Under the pieces are notes generated by a model that saw only the letters and a list, made by a program, of their open reading frames with translations, searched no databases and was not told the origin of the DNA. A program made the translations under genes and the position numbers. A DNA stretch of 62,965 nucleotides, filler included, from Choristocarpus tenellus KU-1152 (taxonomy: Eukaryota; Protista; Phaeophyceae), in assembly GCA_964200185.2 (NCBI GenBank). It is 12 parts of 12 records of this genome, joined end to end, with 100 filler letters (N's around TTAATTAATTAA, not from the genome) between each part and the next. Parts side by side here need not be neighbours in the genome. Positions count along the whole stretch, not along the records: positions 37,466 to 41,041 come from CAXNAD020019164.1; positions 41,142 to 44,581 come from CAXNAD020020009.1; positions 44,682 to 48,449 come from CAXNAD020018039.1; 9 more parts are not named here. One strand, 5' to 3'. Positions 37,546-48,549 of this stretch are shown here, piece after piece (within the stretch, counting starts at the first letter, position 1; each line of letters begins with the position of its first letter).

Positions 37546-38107
37546 GTGGAATGTGACTCTCACAGCTATTAAAATATAATTCTACCAAACCAACACTTTT
37601 TCAATTTCGATTGATCAAACTGGATTTCTAGGGAATATGTTACACACGCTTAAAGCTTGGGAAGTAAGTAGTTTTCCACCTTCACGTAACTATTTCAGTA
37701 CTTAGTATTATTATTTACTCTATCTATATATTATTGTATTGATTGGCACTTGGTTAGTAACCCAGAATGAGGTCGGTCGGTCTTGATTAGTGAGAGGGAT
37801 ACTGTAGCAATACGATATATTATTGTATCTGATGTAACTGGGGTCACAGTGCAATAAACGACTGATGATGGAGCTTCCTTAAGTGTGTATGTATAATGTG
37901 TGTACATAGTATTAATAGTAGTATATATTATGGAACTTCGAAATCAAATTTGGCTCAAAGTATCTGGGGGGGCACGAGAAAGAAAGTAAGGACCTGGGCG
38001 GCAGGGTAAGGGAGGGAGGAGTCTCAGAAATGCTAAGCGTGGTAAAGGACATCGACGAGGCTTTCCACTAAGCTGTCCATTCATGGCGTACATAGATGGG
38101 GGCAGAT

Positions 38108-38310
38108 GAGCCAAACCAATCGGAGGTAGGAAGGTTTAGACCCTTTTGCAACTCTAAGTCATCTTTCTTAGCCTGTGCAATACACACTATCTCATTGCTT
38201 TAGGTGCACCATGTGTACACAAAATTGATACTCCCCCCTTCCATGCAAAAGTGATACCACAATTCAACGAAGGCTATCAGCAATTAATTGTACAAAAGTG
38301 CTTGTTTCTT
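38108..38310. mobile_element. MITE family C copy, right end lost at junction with a family A copy
   Basis: GAGCCAAACCAATCGGAGGTAGGAAGGTTTAGACCC..., collinear with the 18669 and 62272 copies. Confidence 0.7.
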
Positions 38311-38480
38311 CCCTTGGGGGGGGGCTGGCGGCTGTCCATTTGGGGTCAATGTTTTCATGTCGCATTTTTTGGGTGATTTGGTTGCATATGTCGAAGGGAT
38401 AATGTACGTGCAGTTTTCCTTACTTTGGGCAAATGGACACCCTGGTGTAGACCCCCCCCTCCCCCCAGATACTTTGGATC
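38311..38480. mobile_element. MITE family A copy (left TIR missing)
   Basis: GGGGGGGGCTGGCGGCTGTCCATTTGGGG...CCCAGATACTTTGGATC. Confidence 0.85.
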
Positions 38481-38777
38481 TTTACATAGATAGGAAGGAG
38501 TCAAGGTCTCATTGCACTTTTGGGATAAAATGATCCCTATCACCATACATATTCAACATTTAAATTTTATCAAAGAAAGGAGTTCAAGAAATATTTCTCA
38601 TAATCGTGCACTAACAGTTGATGATGATGGAGGTAGTGACCAGCGTGCAGGAGGAGGAAAAAAGGTGGTTCACTTTTTCTTCGCTCACAAGAAGCAGGTG
38701 CAGTAGATTTGTTGGCACCAGACAAGCTGTCCGCAAAATACATACAGTACATAGTAGGATCAGATGAAAGTTAAGTT

Positions 38778-38955
38778 GAACCAAAGTGTCTGGGGGGGGA
38801 GGAGGTCTACACCAGGCTGTCCATTTGGTTCATAACAAGGAAAAGTTCACTTTCATTATCCATCTGACGTACGCAACTAAATCACCCCCAAATCGCAAGA
38901 TAAAAAAATTGGCCCCAAGTGGACAGCCGCCACCCCCTCCCAGATACTTTGAGCC
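38778..38955. mobile_element. MITE family A copy, inverted relative to the 38311 copy
   Basis: AGTT|GAACCAAAGTGTCTGGGGG...CCCAGATACTTTGAGCC|ATTT. Confidence 0.85.
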
Positions 38956-41179
38956 ATTTGTTGTCAGCAAACAAGCCGTCCACAGAATAAAATAAACAGT
39001 ATCAATAGGTGAAGTGGGTTCTGTAATTGTGCGAAGTATGATCCAAGCACAAAAAAACATGCATATTTACCCTGGAGAAATGCGTATCATTTATAGATTT
39101 CCCTTTGAACAGTCATTCGGTCTATCTTCATTTAAATAGAAAAGAAATAACTAAGACTATGTTTCTACACTGCTCACAATACAACCAAGCATGTATATAC
39201 TCATAGCATTGGTACTACAACAAAATCCAATCACACACTTTAGCATCGATGCCTGGGTGGGCAGGTGCACACATCAGAACACACTTGTGTATTTGTCTAT
39301 AATACACCTATCACAAACACATGGAAAGACTTCAGTACAAACTCAATCAGTGGAAAAGTTAACCTGTAAGACCTCCAATAGTAACATTTCAAGGACTGCT
39401 CAAGAAGAATGCTGTAGTGGTAGATTCCATTTTCTTGTGTGATGGCGTGTGTGAGTGACCCTAGAGTCCCGCGTGAGATGGACTATGAAACATCCATTGA
39501 AGCAATGCACAATGCTCTATTTCGGAATAGCCTACATCCACTATGGGTATAGGTGTAAGAGTTTACCAAAGAGGCCACCCTCGATGCATCTCTTGTGGCA
39601 ACATCCATGACAAAACATTTGCAACTTCCTTTCCAGCCAAGGTTGTATCATTTCAACACTACCACAGGTCAATGCTTGTTTGTGTTTAAACTTCCTTTTT
39701 TTGTTTCTTGTTCAGCATCGTCATCTATCCTTTTATGTTATCTTAAAACATCAATGCGATAGTCTATTGACCATTCCACAAATACAAGGCACCATGCAAT
39801 ACCTGTTTCGCTTCTTTCTCTCCTTACATAATCTCTCGGGTCCAATTCTCACTGCTACAAGCACTGAGGAGACCTCAAGACGGCCTTGTGACTAGAAAAT
39901 TAAGGGGCCTTGGGGAACAGCCCCCATTCACAAAGGTCCCCCAAAACATGATTAGTCAACTACCAACCACATAAAAACAAAATTCGTCCTTCTACCATAT
40001 GAAAGTCCTGTGACTTTCACTGAAGTGAAGATTGAGAGCAAATGGCTCAACACACACCACTGCACAAACAAGACCCAACTGGGGATGCATGTGAGAAACA
40101 CAGGCACATGCACCAACACAAAATACACTTGATACTGATGGACAAGCATCAGCTTGCCAGCTTATCTTTAAATTCCTCCTTCCTACACCTCCTTCACACA
40201 ACCTAAGAACACAACGCTGTACCGTGAGCTGTGAACACCATCACACTGCACTTGTCCAAAAGTGTAACGGCTACCCTAACCCCAAAATCAAAAACCTTAA
40301 TCAGAAATTACATCAATCCTCCACTTTGATTTGGTTTCAGACTCCTATCCTGACACCACAGCATCAAGCCTCGAATTTTCAGCCTCATCTCTTGCATCCA
40401 TCTGAATATTTCCAGGGTTATTCTGCACCACAAATCTACCCCGTTCCTGCTTGACTATCTCAAGCACTTGTATCTTCTACACAAGCCCACTCCCCCTCCC
40501 AAACTCCTCCGTCTAATCCAGGTTATGGTCTACCAATACCTGCCAGCGACTCCAAATGCCGTCTGATGCTGCTTGACCCTTGATGAAGAATGTTGGAAAA
40601 TATATTATGACCCACCAGCCAATTAAAAATTGCCCTGAGCACGAGAATTAAAAAGAACACCATCATCCTTCATCAACATTCACCTGCCAAACTCTTTCCT
40701 CGGAAAGATGAAATTCTACGCATGATTTCCCAAATTAATCCTTCAACAGCAACAGCATTCAATCCAAACATCAGAAAACAGCTGTAGCTGAAAAGCGAGC
40801 ACCAGAGTCAAATCTGAGGGGAAATGGAATGCAGATACCGGAAAGAAATTCATCATAAAAAAAACACAACCACATCCACACATGTGGCGGAGTATTCCTA
40901 CCGTGAGAGCTGAAAGCAAATCATAGGGTGGCAAAAGAGCGATCTCATGGACAAATGGACCGCTTTCTACCCCATCCTTCTGCATATTCCCCATATACTT
41001 GATACACCATGCAAATTGCAACAGCAGGGGAGCAAGCTTCCNNNNNNNNNNNNNNNNNNNNNNNNNNNNNNNNNNNNNNNNNNNNTTAATTAATTAANNN
41101 NNNNNNNNNNNNNNNNNNNNNNNNNNNNNNNNNNNNNNNNNCCCTGTTGTAGACCCCCCCCCCCATATACTTTGGGTCA

Positions 41180-42525
41180 TGTCCCTGCTTTCTCCAGCTT
41201 AAAATGCATGACATTTCTTAATCGAGTCACTTGTGTTGTCACGGACACTATCCATCGTAAACGGGATTTGACAGCTCCATTCCTGCTGTAGCCTCCCTCA
41301 CCTCCCCCCCCTACCGTGTGTGTAGCCAACTCATCCAGAAATATTTCTACTTGCTTACGGCGGTCCCCAAACTTTCCACCACGAAGGTGTTGAGATTAAC
41401 ACTATGAGGGTCAAAAGAACCTTCATAGTGGGTACGCTTTTGCGCCTCAGCTGCAGCAGCAGCTACACCATTGCTGGTGGGCGAGTGACGAGAGACGAGT
41501 AGAACAGATGGGAGGCCGAGTGCACTTCTACAAACATAACATCCAGGAGGAGGCCTTTGTCCCGGTAGGGAGCTGATCCAGCGTCCGCAAGCGCCCCAGC
41601 ATGGACAACCATATCCATGCGGAAATTTCGGTCCACTGTAAATGGGCTACCGTCGTCCATAGTGTAAGGGATGCCCATTCCTTTGCAGAGTGGACCTAGA
41701 CACTGCACCATTGGTGCGTGTTGGCGGACCTGTCTCACTGCCATAGGTAGGTACAAGCATGTCTAGTGTCAACATTATGCCTCCTGCACCCAGCCAGTAG
41801 GCACCTGTTGGATAGGGTCTCCTCCCTCCCTAGGGATCTGCTGACAGTGAGTCTGAACTGTTACAGGCGAATAGAACAGGCATTTCTTCCCGCGCTTTAA
41901 CCTGCACAAGCAGTGTACGCGCGTGGGGAACCCCAAAAGGGGGAAATCCGAATTGCTAAAAAGTTGCAGAATAAAATCTGTAGCTCGGGAAAGTCGCAAG
42001 GGTTCCCAGATGGAAAGTTTCCAAGGGTTCTCAGACCTGGATACATTCCAATGTCTGTACACCAAAGAAGCCCCAATGATAAATGACGATAAGAGATCCT
42101 AGAAACGGCTCCAAACAGCGCAGTTCTTCTGACCTAGAGACCCCATCTATAGCACTCTCTCTCTCTGTCTGATATCGAAAACATATATTTCTTATGCTGA
42201 CTGATTCCTTGAGAGTACCCCTGTTCTGCTGAGCTGACGTTCGTTAACCTGTGGATTAGACTCCTTTGGCTGTCGGAGTATCCTGGGAGCCTTGTACGAG
42301 CATGGGCGTCATCTATAGACCTGTGGATTGGAACTGCACATCCTGTGGAGGATCCTGGGAACTCTGTATGAACATCGGCATCATCTATAGACCTGTGGAT
42401 TGGAGCTACACATCTGGTGGAGGTAAACTTCTGGAGCGTGCCTGTAACAGAACTCTATGGGAGGGATCTGGCGACCTGGTTCCAGGGGTTGTGTGGAGGT
42501 CCATGCATTTGCCCCTTGTTCACGC
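41180..42525 (-). mobile_element. CRE-like retrotransposon 3' portion (RLE domain), split by a solo LTR
   Basis: CKGMGIPYTMDDGSPFTVDRNFRMDMV...GLLLDVMFVEV; collinear with about 1255-1980. Confidence 0.85.
41859..42449. mobile_element. Solo LTR-like insertion (TG...CA, 4-bp TSD GAAC), with internal ~60-bp tandem repeats
   Basis: GAAC|TGTTACAGGC...GCCTGTAACA|GAAC. The empty site is visible in the homologous CRE copy near 1905 (GTTGAACTCGAC). Confidence 0.85.
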
Positions 42526-44184
42526 TTTATATTTCCGAAACTTCCCGGTTTCTGTCAACCAGGAGACCGTGGAGTGGTGTGTGGTGTGTGGTGTGGGGTA
42601 TTGTTTGCTATCACTACACACAACAGGATAGATTGGTGAACAGATCATCAGTGGATATACATTTATCGTCAGACCCCCCCCTCCCTCTCTTCCACCTGTA
42701 CTCTAATTATTTTTAAATTATTTCAGGGGATGTTTGGCTCAGAGCCTGACATTTTAATGCACTTGCAGGTCTGTGCCCTGTGGTGCCTCTTAATACATAC
42801 CCAAAGGAAACAGGAGGTAGCCAGTTTTGGGGCCTTTTGTATACCAGGCCACTTTTATTCATATTTTACACCAGCACAAACTCCACAGCCCTCCCAGGCA
42901 TACAATCCCACTGTTTCTTTCCTCCTGGGGCTGCTGGAGCACAGGGGTACTAACTGGCGAAGCATCCCCTCCTCTTTCCCCCAGCACAGCCCCCCCCTGT
43001 TTCCCACAAACAATGTCACACCCTCCAGTACCCTAAGACAAAGTGAACGAAAATTGCCCAGGTTTTGGTCAATTTTCATTTAAAGGTAGTTTTTCAATTT
43101 TTTGTAGTTCGCCCATATATCTATGGATGGTATGCTAAGTTTGACTTCAGACCGTCAATTCTCTATTGTTTGAGACTCTTTGACAGAATTCAGAAAATAT
43201 CCTACACGCATTTGTGAAAAAAATCCTAATTTCCACATATTTATCAGCATCCTTAAAATGCAACTCTAAGGTGTACCTGTCTACCTTGTGTATGGCATTG
43301 GGTGCAAGCAAAGGCAAGTACCCTCAGACAATGTCTCTAGCTATTATTGTGGAAAAATAAGTAGATCGCGCAGCTCGCTGTCACACAAAATAAGAGGGTT
43401 TGTATTTACCGTTATTGACACCAAATGGTCCCAGAACCTGACTTTGATTGGATATGTAACTCCAATCAACAAGTCTGTAAACTGATGATGAGGTGCAGAG
43501 ATGGCGCATGCGATGTATTAATATTTTGTGGCGTGATAACCAACAACAATGGATGGTTATCAGACTGTTATTTGAAAATGTAGTTCTTTCAAGGCTGGTG
43601 TTTGGCTGGTTGGGATGCAGTGGAGGGGGGCTCACATGTATATTGCAAATTGTCGTGAGTATGATATTTCATGCTCATAAGGTTATCATCTGCCATACAT
43701 ACATGTCAACTGAATACTCCAATTTATTCTCAAGATACAGATTTTGCACTGTATCAAGAAGACGATTTTGAACCCTTTAAAGCTGTACATGCACAAACTT
43801 GCCACCCATATCTGTTGAAGTGACATTAGTTCTATTTTTGAGCAATTTCTATTTGACTTCTTATTGATTAGTAGAGCCAGTTCTGCCGTCCTATACAGTC
43901 CCAATACTAAAAAAAAACATGTCGAGCCGTGCGCAATTTATTTGTTCTGCAACTACTATACAATATTTTGTTATTATCCCATCTGACATTTTTCAGATGT
44001 GTTAGGGGAAAAAAGCAATGACAAACCACTCCAATGTCAGAACAACCCCTGAAAAAGCAACAGTTGTCATATATGTGAAAGGCATTTTGTACTATAAAAT
44101 TGCTTGAACAGTACAAGTAATTCTAGATATACCACCAACACTTTATTTCTTCATAGGTGTACCATACCACCAACTAGACCAATG

Positions 44185-44325
44185 CACTAAGGAAGGAGGG
44201 GTTCGTTAGATTCTTGGGATGCTTCCTTATCTCCTCAATTCCATGCGGTGCAGGAATAGGTTTGATACACAGGAAGACAGTAGTACAACATAGATAGTAG
44301 TAAAATAGGAAATAGGAAATAGTGT
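44185..44325 (+). mobile_element. Short CRE-like 3' UTR fragment with TAG/AAATAG-type tail
   Basis: GGAGGGG...GATTCTTGGGATGCTTCCT...GGTGCAGGA..TAGGTT matches 710-790 and the reverse complement of 1140-1240. Confidence 0.7.
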
Positions 44326-44403
44326 TACAGCGCGCCCCCGAACTCACCTTCACAGGATATGCAACTCAAACCCAACGACCTTAGAACGACGCTATGTGGG
44401 TCT

Positions 44404-44581
44404 GGTTCAAAATATCTGGGGGGGGTGGTGGCTGTTCATTTTGGGGTCAATTTTTTTCTGTCGTAATTATTGTGCGATTTGGTTGCATGCATGGGACGAA
44501 TAATGTAAGTGCACGTTTCCTGGTTATTATGCCCCAAGTGGACACCCTGGTGTAGACCCCCCCCCCCAGATACTTTGGGTC
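44404..44581. mobile_element. MITE family A copy (complete, at contig end)
   Basis: GGTTCAAAATATCTGGGGGGG...CCCCAGATACTTTGGGTC. Confidence 0.9.
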
Positions 44582-44699
44582 NNNNNNNNNNNNNNNNNNN
44601 NNNNNNNNNNNNNNNNNNNNNNNNNTTAATTAATTAANNNNNNNNNNNNNNNNNNNNNNNNNNNNNNNNNNNNNNNNNNNNATGTTTCTTGCACCAAAC

Positions 44700-47000
44700 A
44701 ACAAATGCATACACATATACAAAAAAAAAAAATGGCACGGTGCTCTGCATACGGTCCACGCATAACGTCGTTGATCAACCCGATTGGTGGTTCAATTTGA
44801 GAAAAGAGATTGGTGAGCGTTTGATAGGCCGGGGAAGGATGAAGGCATTGACAGCAGGGCAGGTGCGCATTCACGGGTGTGGGCCCACCACAAAACATGT
44901 TCTAAAAACCACAACGTAATATACCAGGTACTAGGCAATACATGGAACAACTCTCTCGAGTATCGTGACATATTTGTTTTTTTTAACAACTCTCTCAAGA
45001 ATGCAGGCAGGCAGGCAGGGGCAAGTGAAAAAACAATAAAAAGGCTAAGAATAGAAAAAATGGTGGAGGTGCTCGGTGGAACTATTCTTTTTTTCAGTAG
45101 GGAAGGGGAAAAAAATCCCCCCTCAGAAAAGAGTCCTCACCTCGTCGCCTTTACACAACCTTTCTGACTCACTCTTGCATAAATGGCGAAGATAGAAGCC
45201 AATGCTCATCATCACAAAGAAAGCTCCAAGAAAAACAAAAAGGTATTCCTGGTTCAGTGCAGCAAAACGATAGATACAGTTAGAGGAGATGTGACATAGG
45301 AAGTCACAGGCAGAGGTTATGAGGTTGACAAGAGTTCTTCTGTCAAAATTGTTCATCCAGTAGAGAAGCACCACACTGTGGAATTCCGGTCTATGGATTG
45401 GTTCAAAGTGTTCAGTTTGGGAATATCAAACTACCTACCAGTAAGGGATGCATTTGACTAGAACTCCAAGGATGAACATAGAGCATGATCAGAAGGGTCT
45501 TCTTCAGCAGTTTGAGTTAGGTTTTTGCTGCGATAATACTCCAGGAAACGTTATGGGTTGGTGGATTGACAATGGTGCCTTATCTCTCCTCAACACTGAC
45601 AATGAAAGTATTCATAGAGGAGAAGGGATAGTGACGCTAGTGGACCTTTGGGGTAGTAACAGGATGGAGGCAGTGCGGCCTAGTTGCAATAGTCGGAGTG
45701 CCACCATCTCCAAAGGGTGCCATCTCAAACAAACAATTTTGTGAAAAACATGTGCTAGAATATTTTGAGGGTGTCTGATCACGAAGAGTCTGTTTCTTCC
45801 CTTGCTCTTCATGCTATGATATGACCACCTGGGGAGCTACGCTGTTTTGATTGTGCTTACAAAGCACTGCACCCCGGCTACGCAAAGACGGAGCGAGATG
45901 CACATGGTTTGTAAATGAGGAATCGTTCGTCGTACTACGCGGTAGCTAAATGTTAGGTTAACTTCATTATAACAAACGTGGCATAAGGGCACAATGCCCC
46001 TGGCAAAATTGCATAAGAGTGCAAATATGGGGAAGAGTTTCCGCGCATTTCCTTGGTAATGTTCGTAACCGTTCTCCTATGTTTCACATGTGTTGCATGC
46101 CAAGGAGAGGTAACAATGGGGCAAAAAGTATAGAGAAAAAGTGGACTATTGCGGAGGCGCTTGATACGTATTTGTGTTTGCAACATGGGCTTTCCTGGTA
46201 ACCACAAAGCAAACCTTGCTAATATTGGTTGCCATGTGTAACATAAACAGAAGGAACGTCGTATTCACAGGCATGGCAACCAACACAACACCGAGAGCTA
46301 CTCCTACTTGCGTAACGTGTGTGAGAGGAAATTGGTCCCTGACTGCTGACAGCTGCCAGCACGTGGATTAGTCGGTCGAGAAAGTGGGTGATTCGCTGAG
46401 TTCGTATCAAACAAGTATGAGATTTGATCGTTGAGCTTTCCTTCCACGTACCCATGCAAAATCACACAATCACACTGGAGCCCACAGAGATACTTTGACA
46501 AGTAGAACGAAGCACGGTCTGTCCCTACTCTAACTATGCTGCTCCGGTGTGTCACCCTCGACTTCACACATCAAAATTATTGTAGTACATACCTTGCATT
46601 GATTATAGAACTTCTCGTTTGGGCCAACCTCATCCAGGATCCGTGACATCCCAGTTTCCCTGGTTGCCGTTGTGTATTCTTCTTCCCAGGATTTGTCAAA
46701 ACCAGTGTGCGCTATGAAGGTTCTCGCTCGAAAAATAGCTGAAGATGATTGTGATGCATCCATCCACAGAAATGTGACCCCCATCCACAATCAATAATTC
46801 GAGTGGTGCCACTCCCCTTGTCGTTCAAAGACAAACGCTCAACTTCAGCGGTGTGCCAGAGACTTGACTGGGACCGTACCAGTGTGGATCCTCCTTCAAG
46901 TATGGTGGTACACCACTCTTTGAAGTAAATCGGTATATTGCACGAGTCTGGTCAGCGCGTATTCTGCCGTTTCTTAACAGGAACCCAAGCACTGCTATGA
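44700..47000 (-). pseudogene. Degenerate Cys-rich, apparently intron-containing coding relic (possibly the N-terminal part of a KDZ/Zisupton-type transposase)
   Basis: Broken frames contain CCVGCHAC...CCKHKY (SWIM-like), YSSTCFSQNC...GDG, LLYEYFHCQC...FLEYYRSKN and RRTLVNLITSACDFLCHI. Donor-like sites NQCK|GTATGT and KGDE|GTGAGG. No catalytic motifs visible. Confidence 0.3.
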
Positions 47001-48549
47001 CCCCTGCACCACTAACAAAAAGATAGACCCTGGCAATGAGAGCAGCGACTGTCCAATGACATGTGACACTTGCTAGATGAATGTTACAACCCTATTCCAA
47101 AGCAGCATAATCGCAATGTAGACAACAGGGACTCCGACTCTTTCGAATCCCTAAATTCCAGCCCCAGAGTCACGCCATCACAACGTTGCAAATCCTAAGG
47201 AATCTCCGTCATCCTGTTCCAATTCTGCTTGATCCCCACGCCACGTCCATCAAGTTGGATCACATATCAAGGGACAGAGAACAGAGGTGAACCTTGAAAT
47301 ATGTTCCTAACTTAGTGCAAGGTTACAATAATAACCTCCTCGGAATTAACCCGAACACGTACATTGGTTAGTGTTTGAAAAAACTGAAGTCACTATTTAT
47401 TTGTTATACTCTCTCCCTCTCTCCCTTCTAATTACTGTACAAGAATTATTACTTCTATATATTCCTTTTTTCGTTTTGATGTCTTTTTTAGTGTATAGTA
47501 AATTTTTACTTGGAAGTTGTTTCTTCATTTCGTCAAGTCATTTACACACATTAGTAGCATGGTGTAAATATTGATATTGTCACAGTACTTACGAGGTATG
47601 TCAACACTTGTGTTCTGAACTACAGAACTACTTCGGAAAAAATAACAAACTGTATATTTATTGTTTGACAACAATCACTCCTATTATTTTGAGTGGTCTA
47701 TGCATTTCATACGAAATATAGATTCGACTTATATTCTGACACATCTGCAGAATGTTCGAGGGTATAATCGTATTGATCAATAGAAAAGAAAAAATAGACA
47801 CAATCCGAAATCCTGAAACGAAGAGATTGAAGAAGAAAGAACTGATTTTAAAATTTTCGATTTTTCATTGTGTTCAGGAGTTTGAAAGGCAGTAAGTAGT
47901 GAATATAGTGTAGAAGGTGGAAAATGTCATAGGATAATAAATAAGAAAAGTTCATGAAGTAATCTGAGTTTGCGAGGAGACTTCTAAAAGGAATGACGTA
48001 CAGTAGGTACCCTTATTTTGGGCCAAATATTATGAACCAAATCGAAAAATATGCAATTTTGTACCGCTTTTTTCGGCATGCCCAAAAAATAGGCTTTTGT
48101 ACCAGAATCATCTTATTCGGGCGATTTGGCACAAACTCCCAGAGATATTCACGCGAGTTTGGCGCGAGCGGAAAAATTTATCGCGAAAAGTGCTTTTCTT
48201 CCTGAGTCATGCTACCATACAGCAGTACAGTACATTGCTGGTAGGGGAATAAAGTGGAAGCCATGCCTTGTGCCACCTATAGAGTAGTTGATAGAAGACC
48301 AACGAAATTGGGTGGATGATTAAAATAATAAGAGGGCTTTGGTTTATCCAGGACCCCACTTATGCCTCAGTCTATCATTTGAACGAAACATTGAGTCAAG
48401 CTTTGAGCTAAGTACTGAGTGGAGCATCAAGAGAAGGCTATCTGACACCNNNNNNNNNNNNNNNNNNNNNNNNNNNNNNNNNNNNNNNNNNNNTTAATTA
48501 ATTAANNNNNNNNNNNNNNNNNNNNNNNNNNNNNNNNNNNNNNNNNNNN

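Noticed and set aside
42245-42425. Repeat-spacer-like pattern (CCTGTGGATT...) as a CRISPR array
   Set aside because: The intervening sequences are homologous to each other, it lies inside a solo LTR, and there are no cas genes.
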